64,000 nt of DNA from Candidatus Bathyarchaeia archaeon (GTDB taxonomy: Archaea > Thermoproteota > Bathyarchaeia > 40CM-2-53-6). Position 1 is the first letter of the stretch; each line of letters starts with the position of its first letter. The notes beneath the pieces were generated by a model. It saw only the letters and a list, made by a program, of their open reading frames with translations, searched no databases and was not told the DNA's origin. Both the position numbers and the translations under genes were made by a program. The stretch spans positions 110,147-174,146 of the forward strand of contig JBEKSC010000002.1 in the NCBI GenBank assembly GCA_049517415.1. The letters run 5' to 3'. Positions 49,115 through 58,358 of the stretch are shown in pieces.

Positions 49115-49684
49115 TTGAGTAAGGTACGTGAAATGGTTCAACCCGTCCTTCCCGGAGACAAATTAGGAGTCGTGGAACAATTCCTTCCTGGCGTTGGCAC
49201 CTACGAAAAGGAAGGTGTGATTTACGCAAATTTCACCGGGAACGCTAACATTGACCTGAAGAACAAGCGCGTGACCGTGGTTCCAACCACGAGGGTACCC
49301 AAACTTCCCAAGGAAGGAGCTACAGTCATTGCATCGGTGATACATGCACAGGAGAAGATGGCGACCGTGAATATCTGGAAGATAGATGACAAACTGCTGC
49401 ACAACCCATTCACAGCAATACTTCACATCTCCTCATCGAGCCCCCGATATGAGAGAAACATGTCAGATGTATGCAAGTCAGGTGATATACTCCGCGCAAG
49501 AATCATCGATATGACTAACAGAATTCCACAACTGACAACAGCGGGTCGCGGTCTAGGAGTCGTTAAAGCCTTCTGTTCCAACTGTGGAGCTGTATTGGAG
49601 TTTAAAGACAGAAAACTCCAGTGTCCATCATGCGGAAACCTTGAGAGCAGGAGGCTCGCAGAAGATTACGAACAAGCTGCGTAA
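49115..49684 (+). CDS. csl4: exosome subunit Csl4
   Basis: VLPGDKLG..EQFLPG.GTYE, GDILRARI, LGVVKAFCSNCG...CPSCG. Confidence 0.92.
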   Translation: MSKVREMVQPVLPGDKLGVVEQFLPGVGTYEKEGVIYANFTGNANIDLKNKRVTVVPTTRVPKLPKEGATVIASVIHAQEKMATVNIWKIDDKLLHNPFTAILHISSSSPRYERNMSDVCKSGDILRARIIDMTNRIPQLTTAGRGLGVVKAFCSNCGAVLEFKDRKLQCPSCGNLESRRLAEDYEQAA

Positions 49685-49692
49685 AGGTGCGA

Positions 49693-49980
49693 ATGATGGA
49701 AGTCAAGGTTCTATCAAAATCGAAGAACGACCTTAAGCTCGAAATAGTTGGCGAGGACCATACCTTCTGCAACCTACTTCAGAGCCTCTTACTTGAGGAC
49801 AAGAACGTAGAGATTGCAGGTTACGACCAACCCCACCCGCTAATCAGGTCAAGCATCGTCTACGTGAGAACAAAACGCGAAGCTTCACCCGAAAAAGTGC
49901 TTCTGAACGCCTTGGCTGGCATTCAGGAACTTAACAAGGAGTTTAACGAAAAATTCGCCAAGGCCGTCGGACCTACCTAA
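49693..49980 (+). CDS. rpo11: RNA polymerase subunit Rpo11 (L)
   Basis: GEDHTFCNLL...AGY..PHPL. Confidence 0.93.
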   Translation: MMEVKVLSKSKNDLKLEIVGEDHTFCNLLQSLLLEDKNVEIAGYDQPHPLIRSSIVYVRTKREASPEKVLLNALAGIQELNKEFNEKFAKAVGPT

Positions 49981-50348
49981 TGAATAACGAAGAGACCCTT
50001 CGCCAAGTCATGCGGAACAAGCAACTTGCCAGTTTGGGAGATGCGTTCGTAAATTTCGTCTACTCTTTGGCGCTAACTCAGGCTAACGGAAAACCCCAAT
50101 CCGTGAAGGTCAGCGATAGAATTCTTGCGGAAGCCTTCAGGCTTTCAGGCCTACGTAAATATCTCGGAACTCGGATCTCAAAGAAAGATCTCGCAAACGC
50201 CTCAGAGTCTCTCTTGGTTGATGCATACCAGAAAAAACTCATCACAATCGAGGAAAGCGTGAAAATCCTCAGTGAAGACCCTGATGGCCTACAAGCAGGG
50301 CTCTCAAAACTGATGAAACTAACTGCAGAGCGCATAGCTCGCAGCTAG
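49980..50348 (+). CDS. archaeal RNase III-like domain protein
   Basis: LASLGDAFVNFVYSLA; conserved position after rpo11. Confidence 0.7.
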   Translation: MNNEETLRQVMRNKQLASLGDAFVNFVYSLALTQANGKPQSVKVSDRILAEAFRLSGLRKYLGTRISKKDLANASESLLVDAYQKKLITIEESVKILSEDPDGLQAGLSKLMKLTAERIARS

Positions 50349-50362
50349 CTGGCGACCTTCTG

Positions 50363-50899
50363 TTGCTCAAGAAAGAAACTAGAATCTTAGGTCTAAGCGC
50401 AACACCACGCCTAAAAGGTGGGCCCATTGTCGTTGGCGCCATTTTCAGGGGTAGCTCTTGGCTCGACGGAATCCTGACCTGCACCTTGAGGCCCGAGAGG
50501 GGTCGCGAAACGTTGACGCTGTCAAGGGCGATAATGAGGTCTAGGCAGTATCCGCAATTGCATGCCGTCATCATTTCGAGCGATCAAAGTGTCCTCCGAG
50601 AGAATCACATCACAGAGTTAACGCGCAGACTCAAGTTGCCAGTCATATTATTACTCAAACGCGCGTCGGTAAAGAAACGTATACATCCGCTGGGAGGTAA
50701 GCAGTATGATCTAAACATTAACGGTGAACGACTTCATGTCTCCGCCAAAGGGATAAGCTGCCAGAAGATTCAAGAATTGTTCAACGTTGGCTGCGCTCCG
50801 GATTCTCACGTTCCTGAAGCTGTGAGAGTTGCGGACCTCATAACGAAGCAAGCGTTGCGTTTACTTGATGGCGGACGACGAAAATCGCGGTCGCAGTAA
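50363..50899 (+). CDS. DUF99 (UPF0215) family protein, degenerate
   Basis: KKETRILG, VGAIFRG..WLDG, VPEAVRVADLI. Confidence 0.7.
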   Translation: MLKKETRILGLSATPRLKGGPIVVGAIFRGSSWLDGILTCTLRPERGRETLTLSRAIMRSRQYPQLHAVIISSDQSVLRENHITELTRRLKLPVILLLKRASVKKRIHPLGGKQYDLNINGERLHVSAKGISCQKIQELFNVGCAPDSHVPEAVRVADLITKQALRLLDGGRRKSRSQ

Positions 50900-50925
50900 C
50901 TCACGTCGCGCATAATTTGGACGGT

Positions 50926-51138
50926 TTATCCTTCGCTAAGCCGTTTCTCAATAATCTTGTCGTCCTTGAATTGGTACTGCCGCTGACACAAGTCGCATTG
51001 GAAGTTGAACTCGTTAACTTCCGTACCCCGCTCCCAAAGCCTAACATGACTCTCCCGAGTCAGAGGACCCTTGCAATGTGGACAATTTGTTGATTGGTCC
51101 TCGAACAACAATTCATACGAGCCTCGCCAACGCCTCAA
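50926..51138 (-). CDS. small Zn-finger protein
   Basis: CPHC...CDLC. Confidence 0.55.
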   Translation of the reverse strand: MRRWRGSYELLFEDQSTNCPHCKGPLTRESHVRLWERGTEVNEFNFQCDLCQRQYQFKDDKIIEKRLSEG

Positions 51139-51502
51139 TCCTTAGAGGAACAATCGCCCCGTCCATTCGAAGCTCAAACCAACGGTCGCAGGTTAAGCAG
51201 CGGAATAATGGAAATCCTTCTTGACCAAGCAACTTCAACCCGCAAATTGGACAATCCAACCTAGGCCACTATTCTTGCCGCCAGCGTTGCAACGAGTTAA
51301 GATGCGACAGGAGAACTGACCTAGGACTCAGTCCTAAAGAAAAGTGGAATTGAGGGTTCAGGGAGAACAGCGAAAGTATCCTCGGGCTAATAAGACGCTG
51401 AACCGAGTTCAAGCATCGAAGCTTCAAATTCCACTGCCCACACAATTAGACCCCCACAAGGAGCGCTCTCCGTTATCTACGTAAGAGTGAGAACAAGCAC
51501 CT

Positions 51503-52462
51503 TCAAGGAATGAGAACTATCTTGCCGTAAGCGTTAGGCCCCATTACTTCGCGGTGTGCACGCGCTGCTTCTGCTAGCGGAATCTCCTTCCCCACAACGG
51601 GGCGTAGCGTGCCGTCTTCTAATCCCGCGTAGAGGGCCGAGTGAATTGTGAATGATTCCTCAGGCGTTATGTTGAAGAGGAGCATGGCGAGAATCGACAG
51701 GTCCCGCACCATAGCATCCCTCGGGTCAATCTCTATTCTACCCCTACTGCCAATCACTACGACGCGTCCACCCATCGCTAGCGTCTTCAGATCCTTGTCA
51801 AGATTGACGTTGGCAAGCATCTCCAGAATCACGTCAACACCGTGACCTTGAGTTAATGGTTGAATTTGATCGAGATAGTTGGGCGCACGATGGTCTAACA
51901 CATGATGAGCACCTTGTTCGATCACTAACTTTCTTCCTCGTTCAGTGCCGCCTGTTCCAATAACCTCTAAGCCAGCGGCGCGCGCCAACTGTACCGCCGC
52001 GACGCCGACTCCGCCCGAGGCACCGTGAACTAGAACAATCTCTCCTGGAGTCGTTTTAGCAAGTTGGAAAAGCGCCCGGTAGGCAGTAGCGTAAGGGATG
52101 TTAACTCCAGCACCCTGCTCGAACGTTACCTTATCAGGTAAGGGATGTACTTGGTGTTCGTCGCACAGGGCCTGCTCAGCATACGCACCACTTATGCTAC
52201 CTGAAATGTAAACGCGGGCACCAACTTTCACGCGGGTAACACCTTCGCCTACGGCTTCTACGATACCTGCTGCATCTATACCAGGCGTGAACGGTAAAGA
52301 GGGTCTCCTCGAAGTGCCCGAGCGAGTGTAAGTATCTGTGGGGTTGACACCTGCAGCCTTCACACGAACCAAAACCTGCTTCGGGCCGGCATGGAGATCC
52401 GGCATGTCCTCCAACACCATAACCTCGGGCCCACCGAACGTCCGAACCCTAATCGCTTTCAC
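51503..52462 (-). CDS. NADPH:quinone reductase (MDR family)
   Basis: GGPEVM, GVNP.D, HGASGGVG, GKIVLIP. Confidence 0.92.
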   Translation of the reverse strand: MKAIRVRTFGGPEVMVLEDMPDLHAGPKQVLVRVKAAGVNPTDTYTRSGTSRRPSLPFTPGIDAAGIVEAVGEGVTRVKVGARVYISGSISGAYAEQALCDEHQVHPLPDKVTFEQGAGVNIPYATAYRALFQLAKTTPGEIVLVHGASGGVGVAAVQLARAAGLEVIGTGGTERGRKLVIEQGAHHVLDHRAPNYLDQIQPLTQGHGVDVILEMLANVNLDKDLKTLAMGGRVVVIGSRGRIEIDPRDAMVRDLSILAMLLFNITPEESFTIHSALYAGLEDGTLRPVVGKEIPLAEAARAHREVMGPNAYGKIVLIP

Positions 52463-52711
52463 TCCTATCCCACCGACTTATCCAGAAGCGTACGCCTCAA
52501 AGAGTCAGATATTAACGAATCCAGTGCCCAATTCCCGCCGCCACCTACAAACCTTCCCCTTCCGTCAGACCACCACACACACCAACCGACTTTCTGCTTG
52601 AAGAAGGCAACCAAATTATCCACAATTAGCCAACCAAAATCCGAAAGCAGCCAACTTGAAGACATCAAGCTTTTTTTACGATCCGCACAGCACTTTTGTA
52701 GGAAGATTGTG

Positions 52712-53194
52712 ATGGATAAGCGGAAACAGCACGTTCTGTTTATTTGCGCTGCCAATGTTTTCAGAAGCAAGTTGGCCGAGCAGGCTATGCGTGATTCCTA
52801 TGGCGACCGTGTAATTGTTAGGTCAGCTGGAATTTTGCGTCCACCCCCTGGTGCGCGAGCAGAGAACTTGGAGGATCCTGAAACAGCTCCAATTCTGCGT
52901 GCTCACGGAATCAAACCTCCAACCGGCCTATGTCGCAAGGTGGAGCGGGCGGATTTGCAGTGGGCTGATCATGTGCTAGTGATGGAAAGTTGGATGAAAA
53001 AGATTCTTGCCGAAAGGTACCCGAAGTTTGCTTCTAATGTCGAGCTGCTACGAAGATTCGCTCACATGCGAGGCAACCTGAACATAGCTGACGACGACCC
53101 TGACTCAGGGGTAGTCACTGAGAAGAGAGTTATGACTGCGTGCACACAAGTGTATGCGGCGGTCAACAGAATAAAGCAGCTAAACCTTCTTTGA
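52712..53194 (+). CDS. low-molecular-weight protein tyrosine phosphatase/ArsC family protein
   Basis: VLFICAANVFRS, RSAG, ADHVLVME. Confidence 0.8.
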   Translation: MDKRKQHVLFICAANVFRSKLAEQAMRDSYGDRVIVRSAGILRPPPGARAENLEDPETAPILRAHGIKPPTGLCRKVERADLQWADHVLVMESWMKKILAERYPKFASNVELLRRFAHMRGNLNIADDDPDSGVVTEKRVMTACTQVYAAVNRIKQLNLL

Positions 53195-53484
53195 ACGCAA
53201 CCGGTTTTCCGGCAGTCGATTGATTGAGAAATTCATGGCTGCGGGGTATTATGGTGTCTGTACGCACCATCAGACCCACACAGACTGGGCTCGGCTGGTT
53301 CCTAACGGGATGCGCAAAAGTAGTGATCAAACAACGAACGAAAACGGTCCTCTTGCGTGTGGGCTTGATTTGAAACAAACTTGCCTTGGCGCATTTTCAG
53401 TAGTGAAAACTCGTCAGGACGTTGAATTACATAAGCTAATTTATGCGACCTCTTGGAACACCCACTCAGCTTAGGGGTGGTGCT

Positions 53485-54270
53485 ATGAAAGTCGTTGTCA
53501 CATCCGACCATCACTTAGGTTACGCAAATGCTGACAAGACAGCATTTAACGCCTTCCTCGACAACCTCAGTCAAGAAAGCGATGTTACCCACGTGGTTCT
53601 TCTTGGGGATGTTGTGGACATGTGGAGGAGGGATGCTTCAGGGGTATTCCTGGAACACCACGACACGGTTGCTAAGCTTCTTACTCTCAAATCCAAAGGT
53701 GTCCAGGTATTTTATGTGGCGGGAAATCATGATTATCATGTCTTGGACCTTCACAACCCAGCATATCCCCTTGAGTTCACGAATGAATTGAATCTGACTG
53801 ATGGAGCGGTCAATTACCGTTTCGTTCACGGATACCAGTTCGATCCCGAACAGAAAATACCCTTCATGGCATTCTTGTGTCGAGTAATGTCCGACCAAGG
53901 CGGTGCCCTAGAGAGTAACTTATGGGTAGATTTCCATAGCGCGAACACTATTCTCTCGAAGATGGAACCGTCTTTCATAAAAGAAGATCTAGCAAAGGTA
54001 GCTCAGCGGCTTCACCAGCGCCCTGAGGATAGACTAAAGGGATCTCTCAATAAGATCAATTCAACTGCTTGTAATGCAGTCAAGCCTGGGGAAGTTCTCA
54101 TATTTGGTCATACCCACGTTCCATTCATCACCAAAGCGGAAAACGTGGTGAACACCGGTTCTTGGGTTAAAGACGCTGCTATCTACAATACCTATGTGGA
54201 GCTTAGCGGTGGAAAGCCCAAGCTCTTCGTATTCGGTGGGCACGAAATAACTGAACGCACAGAACCTTGA
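53485..54270 (+). CDS. calcineurin-like metallophosphoesterase (LpxH-like)
   Basis: SDHHLG, LGDVVD, GNHD, VHG, GHTH, NTGSW. Confidence 0.88.
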   Translation: MKVVVTSDHHLGYANADKTAFNAFLDNLSQESDVTHVVLLGDVVDMWRRDASGVFLEHHDTVAKLLTLKSKGVQVFYVAGNHDYHVLDLHNPAYPLEFTNELNLTDGAVNYRFVHGYQFDPEQKIPFMAFLCRVMSDQGGALESNLWVDFHSANTILSKMEPSFIKEDLAKVAQRLHQRPEDRLKGSLNKINSTACNAVKPGEVLIFGHTHVPFITKAENVVNTGSWVKDAAIYNTYVELSGGKPKLFVFGGHEITERTEP

Positions 54271-54593
54271 CAAAGAAACGGCCAACTGTTTACAGTGTAT
54301 GCCTTGTTCTTCCGTGGTCCGAGCACGGGACTGTGTGTGAATGGAGTAAAAGTCTCTAGCCCTGTGGGCGTAGAAAGTTCTCCGCGGTTGGTAAGCCCCA
54401 AGACCAAATGACCAAAACCCGAATGTTTGAAGCTTGATGGCTGAATCAAAAATCGCATTTCGCTGCATCCGCCGTTTTTAGAGTGATTTCGTAATTTCGC
54501 GTGATTTCATGACTTTGAGCGCGTGCTTGGCGGACAGCAGGAGCGAGGGGGAGAAGGTGTTGTTGTGCGCGCGTCTATACCCACACACTTTGA

Positions 54594-55196
54594 TTAAACT
54601 CCGGCTTGGTAGTATGGCGGGATTGAGACCATCGGTATGCCGACGCATATTGTGCTTTGGAAGGGATAAGGTGGGAAGGGGTAACCTTGGGGCCAATCAG
54701 GGTAAAGATAGCCGTACACTCGAACTGTGCTTCCGAGTGGAATGGTAGTTGGGGCTAAGGGATAGAACCAAATTACGAAAGTTTGTGGTTGAGACGAAAC
54801 GGCCCCCTGAGAGATTACTGTTCCATACACTGTCAGACAGCTTGAATCATTATAGAACGATCCAACGATGCTGACTGGTTGCCCCTCATTGCACACGTAA
54901 GGATTCATGGGGAATTGGCATGCGGGATTATTGACGTTGAAGTATGGGCTGTAGTATGGGTTGTAGGAAGTTTGCTGCGTAGTCGTCGAAGTAGTTGACC
55001 AAGTGGAAGTGGTCGTAGTAGTTGTCGTCCAAACGCTTGTCGTTGAAAACATGTTCGTCGTAGTCGTCATAACTAGCTTTGGATTCGCTTCAAAGTATAG
55101 AGGTTCAGCAAGTAAAGCCACGATGGCAACGGCCACTAACCCGACTGCAAGCGCCAACACAGTGTAACTAGGGTGGTTAGATTGGTTTGATTGCAT
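54594..55196 (-). CDS. membrane-anchored Thr/Pro-rich protein
   Basis: N-terminal TM helix, poly-Thr linker. Confidence 0.65.
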   Translation of the reverse strand: MQSNQSNHPSYTVLALAVGLVAVAIVALLAEPLYFEANPKLVMTTTTNMFSTTSVWTTTTTTTSTWSTTSTTTQQTSYNPYYSPYFNVNNPACQFPMNPYVCNEGQPVSIVGSFYNDSSCLTVYGTVISQGAVSSQPQTFVIWFYPLAPTTIPLGSTVRVYGYLYPDWPQGYPFPPYPFQSTICVGIPMVSIPPYYQAGV

Positions 55197-55449
55197 CGTC
55201 CTCTAGCTCCGAAAGAACTGCGACCCAGTGACATATATTCAGAGTGGACGAATCATCCTCTTTGCACTACTGCAAACTACGCGTATCTCAATTCAAACTA
55301 CGCGTACTACGCTAATTGCTGGGCGATAGGTTAGCGTATGCAGTAGGGACTGGTGAAGGAGGCGTTCGCATGTGCGCGTGTGCCATTGTCAGTGCCACTG
55401 CCAGTACGCGCCCCTGTATGTCACGCATCATATCATCACCACCAGGACC

Positions 55450-55567
55450 CGTCGGCCGTCCTCCATTCGATATGACCATGACCCAGCGGTTACCTTCCGT
55501 AATGTAGAGTAAAGGTGTGGTTCACCGACTGGGTGTCTTCCTAGTCGATTGTTGTGAGAAGAACGAA
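55450..55567 (-). pseudogene. fragment of a deazaflavin (F420)-dependent nitroreductase (DDN) family gene
   Basis: VLLTTI/RKT..R*TTPLLYITEGNRWVMVISNGGRP, with a frameshift and a stop. Confidence 0.55.
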
Positions 55568-55645
55568 GAAGACACAATAAAAATATCTGTTGTTGTGCGC
55601 ACCAGTAGAGGCACACACACGTCGACTAGATGAGCAGTTAGAGAC

Positions 55646-56617
55646 CTAGAGCGTCAGCCGTGTCCCTTTCAGGACGGTTACGCCGTCGAATTTGACGTGT
55701 GGGCTCTTGAAGACGAGGTCAATGTGAGTTGGAGCCTTGTTTTTTCCTCCCAGCCTAGTGTTGTCTCCCAGTGCTACATGCGCTGTCCCCAACATTCCTT
55801 CATCTTCGATTATTGAGCCTCGAATGTGAGCCAGCGGGTTCAGTCCGATGCCGAACTCGCCAACGCGGAATGAAGCGCGGCTCTGGGTTTCTCGCAGTAT
55901 TCGGCTGAGCGATCTGGCATCAGATCCCCCACCGATGCTTAGAGCGACTCCTTGCTGGATATTGATCTTGATGTGTTGTTTCACAACACCTGTCACCGAG
56001 GTGCTTCCATCGACCAAAAGGACTCCGTTAGTGGCCTTCTCCAGTGGGGCTATGTATGCCTCGATGTCTGGTGCGCCAGTCGCGTCTCCAGGCCGAGTAG
56101 CCATCCCGCTAACGCCATGGCCTAGCCTTCCTTGCACATTGAACTCAAGGTTAGTGCCTGCTGGGTTCGTAACTCTGATGTGCTTTGCGCGGGTCAATCT
56201 GTGGACGAGCCGGTTGAGGATTTTTTCACGCTTGGGAAAGTTGGCGGACATGGCGCTAGAAGCCAGAACCGACATAGTTGCCCCTGCCATTGATATGAAT
56301 CGGGCACCGTTCCTACACGCGGCGGTTCTAGCGTTGGTGTGGAAGAGTGTGGTACTCGTTGGACAGATAACGACGTCTGCAGAGAGCATTGCAGCGAGAA
56401 CCGGGAGCGGGGGTTCACTTCCGGGGAGAGTTCGAGGTTTCATCGTTATCTTGCTCGCTTCGATGCCTAGTCGAGAAGCCGCGGCCACAATTGTAGTAGC
56501 AATCGCGGGATCCGTCGCTGAATCAGTGACGATGAGAACCTGCTCGCCAGGCTTTGCATTGGCACAGGTGCGGAGCAGATTCACCGCTCCGTTGAACCCT
56601 CTGCGCATCATTCTCAA
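55646..56617 (-). CDS. leucyl aminopeptidase-like protein (M29/aminopeptidase T)
   Basis: GEQVLIVTD, GTNLEF, GEFGIGLNP, EDE...GTAHVALG...HID. Confidence 0.85.
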   Translation of the reverse strand: MRMMRRGFNGAVNLLRTCANAKPGEQVLIVTDSATDPAIATTIVAAASRLGIEASKITMKPRTLPGSEPPLPVLAAMLSADVVICPTSTTLFHTNARTAACRNGARFISMAGATMSVLASSAMSANFPKREKILNRLVHRLTRAKHIRVTNPAGTNLEFNVQGRLGHGVSGMATRPGDATGAPDIEAYIAPLEKATNGVLLVDGSTSVTGVVKQHIKINIQQGVALSIGGGSDARSLSRILRETQSRASFRVGEFGIGLNPLAHIRGSIIEDEGMLGTAHVALGDNTRLGGKNKAPTHIDLVFKSPHVKFDGVTVLKGTRLTL

Positions 56618-56881
56618 GGACCTTGACTATCATATGACTTGATCGATGGTTAAGAGAGTATCCAAGAGCTCAACACGAAATTCGCTTGAATCACGGACTG
56701 TGTGTGGATAAGCTGGTGCGCACAACACCACACGAAGACGGACTCGGACTCCACGAATAGAACCTAAGATAGAGGCGTTGGAGGGGTCTAAGCCTAATGA
56801 AGCACGTTCCGGGTCTATACAAAATGGAATCTATGAAGGATTAGCATATATTGATTCGCCGTGTTCCTGGTCGAACGATGA

Positions 56882-57136
56882 GTGATGGGTTTCGATCCAA
56901 TAACCGTAGTGAACTTCGTTCTATCTATCATAATATTCGTCTTGGGCTTTGCGCTGTATGGTAGGAAGAAGAACGTCATGACTCTCTACATCGGCATAGC
57001 TTTCGGCCTTTTCGCCATATCTCACCTGGCAACCTTGCTTGACCTTGCTGCCACTCTAACAGTTCCGCTCATAGTAGTCCGGGCAATTGCCTACATTGTA
57101 GTCATCCTTGCATTGCTCACGTTTTGGAAGAAGTGA
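56882..57136 (+). CDS. small three-TM membrane protein
   Basis: Hydrophobic; FGLFAISH. Confidence 0.65.
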   Translation: MMGFDPITVVNFVLSIIIFVLGFALYGRKKNVMTLYIGIAFGLFAISHLATLLDLAATLTVPLIVVRAIAYIVVILALLTFWKK

Positions 57137-57580
57137 AACTGGAAAGACTCTGGCTTTAGTGATTCACCCACACAAAAACGAGTACAACCGACGCTTCAAG
57201 TTACGAGGCTCGCACCAGTAGTACTGTGTGTGGGTCAGCTGGTGCGCACACACTTTTTGACGACGAACGACCACGGTTCAATTTACAACGCCCGCACTGG
57301 GAGAGGGTGACACACACTAGACGAACGACGGTTCAAATCTGGACACACGCAACAATACACTCCCCAAAGAAAACGGAGTGCACAATCAATTAAGAGCGTA
57401 GAAGATCATTGAGTAGACTCGGCGCGCATGGTGAGGAGAGACTACCAGTCGTACTTCGATCACGAGCACATCAAGCAAAAGAGGCGATAGATTAGGACGC
57501 TAGGTGTGTGCGCGCACCGGTATTACCCAACAACAGTTCTTATTGTAGTGAGTGGGTCAGGCGTTTAGTGGGTTCGTGTC

Positions 57581-58321
57581 TTGAATATTGGAGAGAGATT
57601 GTCAGCAATCAGAAGGATACTCGATTCGGGCCCGGACGCAACCGGGACTTGTGAAGTACTCGAACTCCTAGGTGCATGCAGCCTTTCGTCAGACATCTTA
57701 GGTGAGTTGAAACTTTACAGCGAGTGCTTGCCGATGGTGGAGGAGGTGGGTTACACTGCACCACAAAGGTACATGCATTTTCTGTGGGATGCCTTGGACA
57801 AGCTTCCAATAAGTATCATCGTGGACTTCTCAATTCCCTTCAGAAGGATCCTTGCCAAGAGACTGTTCGCAAGCTGTGGGCGTAACTTCATCGCAGAAGA
57901 GAATGTGCGATTCAACTTTCCGCAGAATCTTGAGGTCGGTGACGATGTGTTCCTGAACCGTGGCGTGTTCCTCGACACAAAGGGTGGCGTTGCGTTAGGG
58001 AACTATGTCGGCCTCGCTGAGGATGTCCAAATCTTCACACATAAGCATTCAGAGTCAGACCATGTTGTCAGGAAATACGAAAAGGTGTCCTTGAAGGATT
58101 TCGTCATGGTCAACTCGGGCGCAATGATCCTGCCAGGCGTCACCATAGGTGAGCAGGCGGTTGTTGCTGCTAGGGCCATTGTCCATGATGACGTGCCACC
58201 TAATGCGGTGGTGGGCGGGGTACCTGCGAAAGTCTTGCGCGATCGCAGGACAGACGGAAGAACTCGAAAGGAACTAAACCATATCTGGCTACACAAATCA
58301 GCCTTCCAGGATGAGCAATAG
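57581..58321 (+). CDS. hexapeptide-repeat acyltransferase
   Basis: ILPGVTIGEQAVVAA...VVGGVPAK. Confidence 0.85.
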   Translation: MNIGERLSAIRRILDSGPDATGTCEVLELLGACSLSSDILGELKLYSECLPMVEEVGYTAPQRYMHFLWDALDKLPISIIVDFSIPFRRILAKRLFASCGRNFIAEENVRFNFPQNLEVGDDVFLNRGVFLDTKGGVALGNYVGLAEDVQIFTHKHSESDHVVRKYEKVSLKDFVMVNSGAMILPGVTIGEQAVVAARAIVHDDVPPNAVVGGVPAKVLRDRRTDGRTRKELNHIWLHKSAFQDEQ

Positions 58322-58358
58322 AGTTGTCCGCACGACCAGATAGCTTCCATGTAGACCT

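Larger units (their letters stand above)
53253..57537. repeat. dispersed ~30-bp imperfect palindrome, consensus ACTGTGTGTGGRTNAGCTGGTGCGCACA
   Basis: Copies at 53259-53286 (rc), 54330-54339 (partial), 54558-54589 (rc), 55588-55620 (rc), 56697-56730, 57223-57253 and 57505-57537 (rc); all intergenic. Confidence 0.75.

Noticed and set aside
51360..51405. Hammerhead ribozyme or fluoride riboswitch
   Set aside because: Core consensus (CUGANGA...GAAA; GAUG...GCUGAUG) not matched; kept only as an unassigned structure.
52391..52711. Long N-terminal extension of the LMW phosphatase
   Set aside because: Overlaps the divergent quinone reductase start; family similarity begins at ATG 52712.
55848..56642. 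264 aa plus-strand ORF
   Set aside because: Antisense shadow of the aminopeptidase, with no motifs; the same applies to most short overlapping ORFs in the track.
53253..57537. CRISPR array or integron attC cassette array
   Set aside because: Irregular spacing, mixed orientation, degenerate copies; no cas genes, IntI or RYYYAAC/GTTRRRY cores seen.
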